From Geosiphon pyriformis uo1 (lineage: Eukaryota; Fungi; Glomeromycota), in NCBI GenBank assembly GCA_016748015.1, contig JAAOMT010000436.1, forward strand, positions 2,003,511 to 2,067,510: a stretch of DNA of 64,000 nucleotides, given 5' to 3'. Shown here piece after piece: positions 35,801 through 48,919 of this stretch; position 1 is the first letter of the stretch; the number at the start of each line of letters is the position of its first letter. A program made the translations under genes and the position numbers. Below the pieces are notes generated by a model. It had not been told where the DNA came from. It made no database searches and saw only the letters and a list, made by a program, of their open reading frames with translations.

Positions 35801-37571
35801 CTCCATCAATCTTGCCTGCAAAAGCTCCTAGTGTTGTGGGCAATATGCGAGGGAATCATGACAAACAATATGCACTGACTTTCAGCTGTTTAGGGAAAAA
35901 AGGATTTACAATTACACTATATGCCACGACAATAATAAGTCGTAATAAATGGATCGAGCATATAAAAAAGCAACAACAGTTCCTTAACGAAAAGGGACAA
36001 GTATTTGAAAAAGCTATTTTATTGGAAGGAAAATATTTTTCTGGTACTAATAAAGTGAATTGTGTAGCTTTTTTTGGTATGTCATCATTTTTGTTTTTCT
36101 CCCTCTTTTAAATAGTGGTCGAGTTGATTCTTAATCTAACATACTCTATAGATACCTATCGTAAATTGGCCCTTGGAACCGATAAAGGGGTGTATGTAAC
36201 TGATATTGGACAAAATCCGAAGCCTCCATTCCAGGTTTTAACCATGGAAAAAGTGTCCCAAATTGATATTATTGAAGAATTTCGATTGCTTCTAGTTTTG
36301 GCTGGTAAACTTTTCAGTGCTAGAGGATTCAAAAATATATTCGATATCATTCACGATTCTAATTTATGCATATCAATCCAAATATACAGAAAAGTCATTT
36401 TATTGGTTTCCAATTGAAGCTTTGGATCCTGAAGACAATAATCAATTTAACAAGAGGCCTCGTAGGATTTCAACTAATGCAAGCTTCTTCAAATGCGGAG
36501 TTTGTCTTGGCAAGACGCTCGTTGCAGTTGTTAAAATAACTAATTTGTCCCAATCGACGATTAAAACTTTTGAACCGATCGAACAAAGTGTAAAAAGTAA
36601 ATCAAAAGGTCCCCTCCTCAAAAACTTTTTTAGTAGTGGAAACGAGGCTCTCAAAGAATACAAGGTAGAAGACTGATTTCCTACAAGTTTTTTGATACAT
36701 ATTATTGATGAAACTTTGTGCTGCAAAGCTGCCATCAGCTTTCATTACAAACAGAACGAAAACTGAATCAAACGCTCACTTTTTCATGCATTTTTCCAGG
36801 ATTTTTATATACCCCGAGAATCTACGTCGATACACTTTCTCAGTAGATTCCTTTGTGTGGGATGTACCAAAGGATTTGAAATTGTTGACATGGGATCTCT
36901 AGCCACCCAAGCTTTATTAAATCCAGCGGATGCTTCTCTTGATTTCGTTCAAAAGAGAGAAAATGTAAAACCCATCGCTATATTCCGTATCCCTAATACC
37001 GGCGGTGATCTTTTATTATGCTATGATGGTATGTTGATGAAAATTTCATTATTATGACCATACTTTCTTAACTACAGTGTTTCCGGATTCATATATTTCA
37101 TATTATTCTTAGAATTCGCCTTTTACGTAAATAAGTCTGGATGGAGATCAAGGCATAATTGGCGGATTATTTGGGAAGGCACGCCAACATCTTTCGGTAA
37201 GGATCAAAATTGGAGTTCATAAAAAATATTTATCAACCCTAGCTTTAATAATAATTAATCTACTTATTCTGTTTGTATGTGGGAAACTAGCATTGCGAGA
37301 CCCATATTTACTCGCTTTTGAGCCGTCTTTTATTGAAGTGCGAAATATTGAAACTGGCCTTTTAGAACAAATCATTGAAGGGCATAATTTACGGTGCCTA
37401 TATTGGGACACTCGTGGCAACATTTTAGTCGTAACAAATGATCCCAGCAGCGATAGTTCAGAAGTATTCGCTCTTAATTTAGCTGATGGACGGAGAAATT
37501 CACTACTCTCCGAGGCCACCAGCATCGCGACCACGATTGTGGCCCCAGATGAAAGCGGAAATAATGTTTGA
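32822..37571 (+). CDS. ROM2: Rho1 guanine nucleotide exchange factor (Rom1/Rom2/Rgf1 family: DEP-DH-PH-CNH), many introns; start uncertain
   Basis: LGRALDAQKFFHDVTYDHRLRDS, GVFTLLTDCYSPTC..CYSIACPRRLEQ, EKKRQEAINEVIYTE, KPTTRLGRYPLLLE, GCTKGFEIV, WEGTP. Confidence 0.93.
34266..34314 (+). repeat. (ATA/ACA)n microsatellite in a ROM2 intron
   Basis: Direct reading. Confidence 0.85.
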
Positions 37572-38236
37572 TCCGATTTCTGTATGATTCTCGGTAAAAA
37601 TGGAAATTAGGATGGCGAACCCAGTAAATACTAGAAAAAAAAGGGGAAGATTTGACTATTCACGTTCATTCTGTTTGGTTTGAGTCTTGCATGGTTTGGG
37701 ATGCAAATATTATTTCTTTGTTTTTTTGACATAATAGATGTTTAAAATATTTCTAATTTTTATTTTATTTTAGTCTTAATTGTATTTTATTCCCCCCGCA
37801 TCGTCCAGAGTGAATTTCTATCTTGTAAAAAATTAAAGAATCATTACACTGTATAAATCTGATATCAACTAATAATTTATTATAGAAATTTATCTAGCTT
37901 TTCCCCCTCCTGATAGATTGGTATAGACAGGATGTATTTGAATTAAACGGGGAGTCCTGGCTCAGCCAAGAGTTGGCTTACCAATCCGCTGTAAAACTTA
38001 CAATTGATGATCCTTGCAATTAGATATCGTTGGGACTAACATTGGGACCACAGAATTAATAAAACTCATCCTTTTTTATGTAACGTTTTCAGTCTGCACC
38101 AAAGATAAGAAAATTATTAATAACTAATTGGATTTCTTATCAAATAATCTTACCGCAGACGATCATTGAAATCGGAATTCATTTCAAAAAACAAAATTTT
38201 CAAATACACAACATCCTTGAACTTCGACCTAAAGAA

Positions 38237-39326
38237 ATGGACAATAATCAAGACTTAAGGTATTCATTTTATTCTTGTAATTGAAAAAACCTTGGAAAGC
38301 CTTAGTGCAACACTCTGTTTCTCTCTTTTTTTGTTCTGGAACAAAAAAGGCCCATAGAACCTGTTCAATAATTGAATACAACCATGCGCAAAACTTTTGC
38401 AAGACAATTTTCTAAAAAAATCGCATTAAAATACAAATTCATTTATAAAATCTGGAAATAGTTACTTGATCTCCAATCGGAGCTTGAGACTAGTAGGGCG
38501 AATTCAATCATGGATAAAAACTATTGCCCAGCTAGCTCCACCATTATCCACCCAAATTCCACCCCAAGAAAACATCCCGTTGGAAATATTTGTCAAGATC
38601 TGTTACTCTCTTCCACCGCATGACCTTTATAGCTTGATGCGAGTATGTCGTTACTTTCATCAGATTCTCTCAAATCATGACGATTATATCACGGAAACCA
38701 TTTGGCGAACTTCACGTGTGCTTCATTATCATGCTCTTTCAATGAGCTTCTTACCAAACATGAATGAGCTTTCCTTCCTGAAAAAAGTGTGGCGAATGGC
38801 CCTTGTCTATCATCGCAAGGAAATCCTTAGTATGATAGAATTACGACTTAATCGAGATATACAGGCACACCAGGATAATACACATAGACGACGCTCAGGC
38901 GGTAATCTATACGTGGAAAAGCCATTCCTTCAGTGGTTAGACATTTGTCCCAGTTTCCGTAGTCCTACATTCGACCAAAACAACCCTCTGGCCCCATATG
39001 AGGCTTCATACATTCAGCAAGGGATCTTGCCACGTCTCGAGTTCGAAGGTGAACAAATCTCAATAAATATTGGATACCATCGACCTAGTATATTTACGGT
39101 TGAAGGAGCTCTCAAGCGTCACCTTGGAAATCAAAAAATTTTTTGGTGCCGTCCCTGCGACACCAAAAAGCTATTCACTGAATTAGCCTACAATTTTCAT
39201 TTCGGCTCAAAACATAGCGAATTATCACGGGTGAATAGACTGCATTCTTTTATGGAAGTTGATTACCTGGAAGTTTCGCGGTTTATTGTCAAATTGTATG
39301 CTCCGCTTACGATGGAAAATTTATAA
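38237..39326 (+). CDS. F-box protein with C-terminal C2H2-like finger; probable exons 38237-38259 and 38462-39326
   Basis: IPLEIFVKICYSLPPHDLYSLMRVCRYF (F-box); CRPC-x12-FHFGSKH; the first exon is inferred. Confidence 0.75.
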
Positions 39327-40513
39327 TACCAGCAATCTGTCCAAATTATTTGTGCACTAGCAAATAAAGATCCAACAATTATCAATCCGGTTTAAATGTG
39401 ACCGATTTATGAAGCTCGATAGAAATTGTTGGCCAAAAGATCATTTCAAAATCTAATCTCAAAAGGATTATGGGACAGACGGAATCCCGGCAACAATATA
39501 TCATTCCTAAAAAGTATCAGTTTCCCAAAATTAATTTTCCTTTCTTTTGTAGGATTAAGAATTTGGTATAACTAATCTCAACTTTACCTACTCTGGGAAT
39601 CGGGTAAGATCATTTTAATTTGATTTTAACTTCTAACTACGCCCTCCAATTGTTTTTTCCTTTAATCAAAATCCTTAATTTAATTTGTCATAATGTCTCT
39701 CTTAATATATATGTTCACATTGGATTTTTTGATGTGTTTTATCACTGAATCAAAGATTTGGGGGAAAGGTAGGTTGATGTTTAAGATTGGATAGAAAAAA
39801 TATATTTTTTAATTTAGCTCAAAATGATTAACCTTTTTCGTTCAAGATTTGAGGGTTTAATCATTTAATATAACTTTGTAAATATAACCTTACAGTTCAA
39901 TTGAATTTGTTTCAATAGATTCTCTTATATTGAGTTTGTAATTGGCCAAATAGCATTTTGCAAATTTTAAAAAGATTTGATGTTTATTAAAAATTTCAAA
40001 TATTAATAAACTTTGTATTATTTTAAATAATTATTAATATTGTTAATTTTAATTTTAAATATTCAGTTTAAAAATAAATATAATTATAAATTTAAGAATT
40101 TAAAAAACTTAATATAAAAATAAAAATACATTTAAATAGACAAAAAAAAACTTTTAATTTTGTAAAAAATTAAATTTGATTTATTTTAACTTAATTATTA
40201 TTTATGTTATATTTTATACATATATTTTTATAATAAATATAAATTATGTACTTTTTATATATATAATTAATTGTTTAAATTTATATTAAAATTAATTTAA
40301 TTTAAGCATTTTAAACAAATTATTTTTAACATATTTATTTAATTAAGTTTTAATAAATTTTTTTTATTTTATTTTATTTTATTTTTTTATTATCAATTTA
40401 ATGAGTGAGATTCAAACACAGTCTAGCATAATACATCATACAAGTGATCTAAACTAGATGTGAATCATGTATTTTCTACATGTAACCAGCCATTCAGGCT
40501 AGTCAGAACAACA

Positions 40514-43500
40514 CTAGGCACTTATATGTACTGAAATCACATCATCAATACCTGCAAAGAATAAACAAAATCTATAAAATCCAAAACTCACACCAAATGC
40601 ATCTGCAATACCCAACAACCTAACCATACCAGCTAAAAGCACTGAAAGAAGACCAGAGATTGAAACAGAAACAGAACTATCATGCAGGATTATGCCACCT
40701 TTTTCCATAAAAGCCCAGTATCTAGCATGCACCAGCCAAATGTTATTACGAAACACAAAACAAAACTTATGCACAAAGACCATGATATTTTGGGCCACTA
40801 CCTTAGAGTCTTTAAAAACAGCAACAGATTCACAATACCACTTATTGAAAACCAAGCTCTTACATAGAGCCACACTAAAAACAACATTAGAGATGCAATC
40901 AGAAAGTAGTCATAAAACACATGAAGAAGAGCAAGACAACCTTGAACGTGCCTCCCAAACAGATGCATGAACTTCCACCAACCAAGCATGACCAGCAGCA
41001 TCAAATAGACAAGAAAACACATAGTCTGAGATCTTAACATCACCACAAAATAAACATATCACACTGAGATAACTCCTATTATAAAAATGCTTACACACAA
41101 CAACCAAAAGATGATGATATAATGTCTTCATAAAATACATTCAAAAACTAGCAGTCTGAGTGCTGGTAAAGCCAACAGCCAAATGCAAGTTCGGATGCCA
41201 CACCAAAAAAGATCTGAACCAATCAACATTAGCATACAGACTATCTACCAAAACCCGGGAACCAGAACCAATCTCCCAGTATGCATAGTGAATAGATCAA
41301 AAGATGCCATGAACAAAATATCTAAAGTTACTGGACACCATAGCACCACCAGTTCTAAGAAAATTTTCATTGATCATGTGAGGAAGATGCATATTAGATA
41401 ATGCAGCAGCTCCAGCAAAAGCATCAGCCTGTTCATTGTTCAAAACACCAGAGTGACCTCTAACTTTAACCCAATTAATATCCAAATTTTTTCGACAAAC
41501 AACATTAACAATGTGGTGACACTTGATCCAACACCAATTCCTGAAATCTGGATGCATCAACTTAAATTCTGATTTGCATACATCCAAAGCAGTTTGGCTG
41601 TCCAAGAACAAGTCAATCAAATGAAAAGGAGGAACACACTCGAGAGCCAGAGCTATGGTCTACAACTCCACCATAATAGAAGAGACCAATCTAGACACTC
41701 CCACACCCAAACTCAAATTAACATCCTCAAAAAAAACCACAGCACCAGCTCTAATACCAAAAGTATCCAGCCTACTTAGAGAACCATTTGTAAACAAAGA
41801 AAGACAACTGGAATCAATCTCCAACAGATGACTATGCACAACCTCGAATTCACAAGACTCAAGAACACTAGACAAACCAACATCTAGTAACAAAAGATTG
41901 CAAACAAAAAATGGCCCAAAATCATTCAGAAATTGAACAGAAACATCAAACCAATAAGGAACTGGGCCCCAAGGATCCAGTCTCTTTCACCACTTGAAAG
42001 TCTTCTATTCAAAAACAGAACCAGCACAATCACAAAGCTGTTCAACAAAGACAATTTCATAACACCAAAGTGAAGAGACACAATTATAAAAGGTGGGCTC
42101 ACCAAGAACGTTAGACATAGGGATTCTGTTTCGAAAATAAAAAGCATTGGTTATGAAACTGTCCAGAGAGAGGTTGTATTCCAAAAAAATCCGAACAATG
42201 CCAGCCAAAAAATTATCTAAAGGATTGATATTAATATGAAAAGGGTAAAACAAGAGATGGCAAGGGTGCCAGCTGAGAACCTGTAAGTCATGTGATCTAT
42301 GTGCAAACAAACAGCCCAAGATACCAACAAAATTGACAAAATTAACAACAAAAGCTGATTTGCTTTCAGCCTGAACCTGCTCAAAAGATTTTAAACTATA
42401 CAGAGATGGATGGTGAATTGCATCATTGGGAAAGTTAAGTGGCAAGCCAGATTTGGATTTTAAATCTTTGCAAATTATAGTGTCCCACTTTGCACACACA
42501 TTGAGAGAAACAAAACTGAACTGAGTTTTATAGACAATGATAGGATGAAGAACTGCCAACACCAAATATAAGAACTACTTGTCAAAGATAGCCTTTCTCA
42601 GCACAAAATTGGTAAAAAACCAGACATCCAAGTAAGCTCTAGCCAAGCTAGGCTTTGACAAACCCTCAGTAGACAAAAAAATTCCCAGGTACTGATGAGA
42701 CTCTCTTTTCTTGGCTATCAAAATAGGTGAACCACTGATTAGTAAACAAGGGTCAGAAACTTTACAATTAATAAGAATGGCCACCATTTTATCATTATTA
42801 ATTGAAATATCATTGATCTGAAAAAATTTGCTAGCATTATTGAGAATATATTACATAGCAGCCTGGTTGCTACCAACCCAAATTGTGTTATCGACAAAAG
42901 CACCTACAGCAAGAAAAGACATCAAGCCAGCCCGAGATTTAGAGCAACCAGTTCTAGTCACAAAGTGAGAGTTCAACCTGTATCCACACACACTTTCCTG
43001 TCTCTTGACTTCACACAAAAAAGGATCATAAAATATGTACCAAAGAAGAAGCAAAAATACCTCTCTTTGGTCTAAACCATCATGCACTTGATACCTATCA
43101 GTCAACCCAAAATCTGTCATAACTTTGTTGATTTGACTATTGTAAATGCTACCAAAAAACCAAATGAACCTGTTACATATCTTTATCTTAACCAAACTTG
43201 CTCTCAGATACTCCCAGCCAACAGAATCATAAGCCTTTTGCATGTCCTGCAAGACCAGTCACAGCTCATGATTCTTTTCCAAAGCATTCTTAATGACTGA
43301 TCCAATAGCAAAAATAGGAGACTGTGTGGTTGTACCTTTTAAAACAGAAAAATTATTCCCTCTGAGTACATCAAATTTATTGCATGCAAAAAAAATTCTG
43401 TCTGAAAGAATCTTGGGAAGAATTTTGTGAGCTGTTTCAATCAATGCAATAGGATGGGTGTTCATAAAAACACCTTCCCACTCATACGGTTTAGGGATTA

Positions 43501-45193
43501 TCAACATCCAGGCCTCCTTCCAAAGCTCAGAAACAGATTCACAGTCCAAGCAAAAATTCAAAAGAACCAGCAGCATATCCAAAACTGATCTGTCATAATG
43601 CTTCCATAACTCATTCGATATGCCAGTAAGGCCAGCTGCTTTCCCATCAGGCAGATTTGAGATAACATTAGACATCTCATCAAAGTCAATTGAGCACATC
43701 ACACCAGAAAAAGCTTCATTAAAAACATACTCCAAAGGCTGATATTGGCGATGCCACACCTCAGAAACATCAGAAACCACATTATGCTTTCTAGTCCATC
43801 CTTCTATGATCACATCCACCTTGGTTCTAACAAGATCAGGTTTCAAAACCAATTTATTATCCATGACCAAATGATCCAAAGTCATTTTGCAAAAAAAACA
43901 TTTCAGTACACTCCTAATAGTATGATCTTTGTTCAATTCAAAACTTTCTATTCTCTTATCTATTGCCAATCTGATTCTAGATTCCCTAACACATTCCACT
44001 TCTAACATTTTGGAGGAGCAATATGACTTTCTAACATTGGACAAAACTGACCAAATGGCATCAAAAAGGGAATCTGACTGAAAAAGAGATTTCACCACAG
44101 ATGCATTAACCAAATCCAAACTCTCCCACTTGTCAAGCAAGAACATAAACTTTTCAAAAGAGTTCAAGCAAGATGCCTTAACTAGCTTTGACACCAAGAG
44201 CTCCAGCTTGTGAAATTTGGATGACTCCTTAACAAAAATGTGATCATAGTCCTTGAACTATTTTTTTTTAAAAACTGTCTTTGCAGACAAACACAACACT
44301 TTACGGAGAGCAGCCCACATCACATCCAAATTTGAGTGTATCCTGGCTGCAAGAAACTCATCATGGAACATGGCTGCATTTGCAGCTGTATCACCCTTAA
44401 ACTTGACCCACTTAATAACATTTGCATTTTTGTAATTGTACTTTCAACAATTCTTATTTGCTTGTTGGCAAACAGAATTTAATCAAACATCAAGCAGACC
44501 ACCTAAACCCACCAATACTGAGAGCACCTAATGATCAGTATCAAAGTATTTCTCAACTCCAAACATGCCACAACCCAACACTGTATTGACCAAGTTTGAA
44601 AAAATGAACACATAATCAATTGTCTTAGCTACACCTTGAGAATTGAACCAAGTTAGCAACTTCCCACTAGAGCTCTCATTCAAGGCATTAACCAAACCAA
44701 AATCCAAGTATTTCTTGAAGTTTGCACACTTATGAGAACTGTCTTCATTAAAGTCCCCACTGAGAATAACAAAAGAAGATTCATTAACAGTCTTTGCAAT
44801 AAGAGAATTGATATTGCCAGCCTAAGAAAACTGAGCTACCAAAGAAGCACCAACATAAAGCCCCAAAATTGACACTGAAAGTTTGTTTTTGAAAAGCAAC
44901 TTAATAGACAGGAGCCGACTAGACACTTCCAAAATCTTGCACACATGTTTCGCTAGAGAAAATTTCATGACAACTACAACACCAGCACCTAAATTACCAG
45001 ATTCTAAACCAGAGGTAAACACCTGCATACCATCAAATTTGTTGACAATCCAGGAGCAAATCTTTTCTTTTAACTTTGATTTTGTAAAAATAAAAACTAA
45101 ATTGTTCTTTTCTTTATGCCAACAAATAATATCATTCTGTTTTGCAGAATTGTTCATTCCTCTAATATTACAAGTTGCAACTCTCCAGATCAT
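40514..45193 (-). pseudogene. LINE ORF2: APE endonuclease, RT, RNase H, CCHC
   Basis: VATCNIRG, GDFNE, TIDYVF, DTDH; PIALIETAHK, QDMQKAYDSV, GLDQ, FVDNT; FTNGSL, DSQTAL, KVRGHSG..NEQAD; CLFCGDVKISDYVFSC. Confidence 0.9.
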
Positions 45194-45198
45194 ATCAC

Positions 45199-46996
45199 TT
45201 ATTGAGAAAAAAGAGGGGTAGAAACCAAACCAGCATTGTCCAATTTAGCCGAAAAACTCATAACTGTGATTGAGAAATTGTTCAAAGTTTCTTCCATTTT
45301 TGAGATAACTGCAGGATCAAAAACCACCACTTCCACAACAGTTTCACCACCAGCGGCCACACCCAAACTCTCACTTATCACTATATCCACTTCTTAATTC
45401 TGTGATAAAGGAGTCACCAATGGCTGACATCCAGGGCTAAGCTGGAAAACCATTGGCTCAGGTGTTTCCAACCTCTTAGCCAACATGTTAACATACTCTG
45501 TGAGACTGGTGAGACTGCACTCAAGAGCGGCAAACCTATTATCCAACTCCAAAAACACTAGTGAGATAGGCTTTATCTCCAAAGAGGAGCCAGCTTTCAA
45601 CAAAACATTCTGAGCATAAGGGAGGGGGGAAAGAAGACCCACCAGCAATTTGTGCCCATGAAACACTACCAAAAGAAACAGAATAAGCAACTGGAGCCAA
45701 ATGCTTGGTGTAAATGGCAGCCAGTCTACTTTTATCCAAGTTCGAAAGAGGTTTACATAATGAAGCACCAGAAGGGATATTCTTTTTTCCACCAATAGGA
45801 CAAATTAATGATGTATAATCCAAATTCCCACACCCAGCACACTTGGCTAAAACAAAATGAGACCAGCACAGATTGGCTCCCTTTAGTACAGGTGTGGTTT
45901 CTATGACAGCATCCAATGATTCAGCAGAATTAAAACAAACAGTAGTGCACCTGGTCTGGACATAAGAAACTGGATAATAGTCGATTACACATGTTTTCTC
46001 ACCCACTGAAGCAACATAATTCCAAATATCATGTGCATTGGTTCCTATCGGCAGAGTGTACAAAAGGGCTTTGTAAGCATTTCACACATTCTATGATTCC
46101 TTGTTCACATCAGATCTAGCAACATGCACAACATCTTTCTCAATCAGAATAAACCAACATGCTGCGACCAAATCAGCATGCTCAATCTGTTCAAATTCAA
46201 CCACAGCTTTTTGTCACAGTCTTACCAATTGCATCTTGATCAACTTAATAATGCCAAACTTGGATAGCACAGCACATACAGCCTCAGTTGATGTACTAAT
46301 TGGAATCTTTTTTAACACCACAGTCTGATTTGAATGCCTAGATGATCTCTTGAGATCAGAGTTTACCAAGATTTCTGTTTCTTCAGCCTTTTTGAAAGCC
46401 TGCGCCAAACTCAATTTGGAAGTGAATATCACTCTGATGATCCCAGCAAATTTTGAGGGAGTAGAGGCCTCTCCAAAACCATTGACTTTTGAAAATAATT
46501 TTCTGACCACAGCCAGCTTTTCCTGAGATGATTTTCTAGTAACTTTATCTAAACCAATATCCAAAGCAAAGGATTTGCAAACAGAAACATTAACCAAGTT
46601 CTTAATAGATGGAAGTAATTCTAGTGGGATATCCAAAAGAATATCATCGCCATTACCATTTAACGAAAAATCAATCTTCCCTAATAGTTTGCCCAATGCC
46701 TTCATGGTTTTGATCTTTGAACCAGTAGGTGTTTGATTAGGATCTTCTAAAGCAAGAGCACCACCTTTACTATAATTGAAACTGGTTTCTTCAACCAGAC
46801 ATTCTTCTTCCATGTCAATACTTTCAGACTTGGTGGTGTCACCAGTCTTAGAACTCCATGAATGGCTATTTTGAATTACAGAACCAATATTTTCACCACT
46901 AGAACCATCTTCTAAAATGCCACCTCTCCTTTTTTTTCTCAGAAAAACAGGTCTGTAACCATCATTAAAACCAGAATCTTTGGTAGCCTTTTTCAT
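45199..46996 (-). pseudogene. LINE ORF1: RRM-like domains, CCHC knuckle, coiled coil
   Basis: VVLKKIPI..LSKFGII, LYTLPIGTNAHDI, CAGCGNLDYTSLIC, LDNRFAALECSL. Confidence 0.8.
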
Positions 46997-47499
46997 AACA
47001 ATAATATTACAGCCAACAATGGCCTCGTAGTCAAGAAAAAAGGGTTTGGATTTATCATACTGAATTGTGGAAAAATTTTTTTCAAAAAAACTTTGATTCT
47101 TTTTTGGGAATTTGAGACGAAGGAGAGAAAGAAGTTTTTTTTTAATTTTTAATTTTTATTTATATTATTTAGCAAATTCTATAAAATTAATATTTAATTA
47201 TTATATAATATTATATTAATATTTAATATAATTTATATATATTTTTAAAATTAATTTATTATTATATAATATTATATTATATATTACAAAAATAAATATT
47301 TTATCTATTATAAAAAAAAAATTTTATATTAAACTTATTAATAAATACCAATAATTTAAATTTTTTAAATAATTAACCAAAAATAATTCTAATTAAAATT
47401 ATATTTTAAATTTGTTTTTTTAAAAATAAAATTATTTGATTTTTATATTAATATTAAATTACAAATTAAGTAATAATTTAAATCAAAAAAGTAAATTAT

Positions 47500-48204
47500 A
47501 AACAAAAATTAAATATTTAAAATTTTAATATTAATTTATTTTTTAGAAATAAATTAAACATAAAACAAGCAATTGATTATATTGTTTAATCATGATTTCA
47601 AGTAATATCTGTTACAATTTAAAACTGTTGGCAAAAAATGGATATTCTTTTCTATAATAAAAAATTAGAAATTTAAGAATCTAAAACATCAATTGCTATG
47701 AATATATTCAACAATTTACCATTAAATACACAAAAATCTTGAAGATTATACTGTAGCAGTTAATAAATTATTGGCAACTGAAAATATTCTTAATGATAAT
47801 AAAATTGTAGATTTAATTTTAATTGATGTTCAAATTGAAACCAATAAAATTAATGACTCAGAAGAAGAATTAGAAAAATCTCTATCTGCTTTAATTACAA
47901 TTACAGAAGCATATAAAACATTAAAAAAGGTAATTAGCAATTAGTAAAAGAAAATTTTAATATAGAAAACCAAAATTTACTTAGAAAAAAATTATATAAA
48001 TATGAAAAAATAAAGAAAAATTCTAAAAAACAGATAATAATTAATCAATATTTTAATAAAAATAAGAATAATAATTGATTGATTGATTTAATAAATAAAT
48101 ATAGTTTATTTAATAATAATTATAAAACTTTATAATAGAACATCTCTAAAATAGAACATAATTTGCATGTTTTAATTGTGTTTTTTTATAGAGGTTTGAC
48201 TGTA
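47500..48204 (+). mobile_element. pogo/Tigger-type (DDE_1) DNA transposon relic, 3' part with right TIR
   Basis: LNIKQAIDYIV..VTI.NCWQKMDIL..TEAYKTL..KKQIIINQYF; reverse complement of the end reads TA|CAGTCAAACCTCTATAA. Confidence 0.7.
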
Positions 48205-48919
48205 ATAATAATAATAATAATTCTTTTTTTCTTTTATTTTTATAATTATGATTAAAACAAAAAACAAAAAAGTTTTAAATATTACTTTTCTTATAGTAAC
48301 TAATAAAATTTCAACAAAAAAAAATCTTTTTGTTATAAAAACAGCTAAACAAACTATTTTAGATATATTATTATTAAGTAATAATAATAAAAACTGTTTT
48401 TAACAACTTTTTATCTTTAATTAGTGGTTTTTTTCTAATTTAAGTTTTTTTAAAAGATATATTAAAATTAATCTTAGTGTTTTTATTTTATTTAAAAGTT
48501 TTAAAGTTTTTAATAAGTTGTTAAAAAAGAATTACAAGATAAAAATTAGCTTTTAGTTAATAAACTGGTTTTTTCTGTTCTTATTATTATTATTACAATT
48601 ATTATTATTATTATTATTTTATAAATAATTAAAAAGACCAAAAATTTCAAAAAACAGTAATGGTTATAAATAAAATTTTAAACAAGATTTTTATAATAGC
48701 AATTAATTTTTTTTATAATGTAAATAATAACAATAATAATGTTTTTCAAAATAAACCAAGATTAATTATTGGCTATATTGTCAAATATAATTTTTTTAAT
48801 AGATTATTATTAATTTTAAAAGTAAAACAAAATATGTTTTTGAATATGTTTTTAATTAATTAGTTTATAAAATTATTTGATTTTAAAAATTAAATTAACC
48901 AAGTAAAAATCAAATTAAT

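Larger units (their letters stand above)
40370..47134 (-). mobile_element. LINE copy 2, full length and uninterrupted, decayed
   Basis: 5' UTR, ORF1, ORF2, 3' UTR shared with the other two copies, A-rich tail. Confidence 0.93.

Noticed and set aside
32822-37571. U12-type introns in ROM2
   Set aside because: No RTATCCTT donor seen at any intron I could place
40395-40515. Hammerhead ribozyme or tRNA-derived module in the LINE 3' UTR
   Set aside because: No CUGANGA core; A/B-box look-alikes lack a paired T arm
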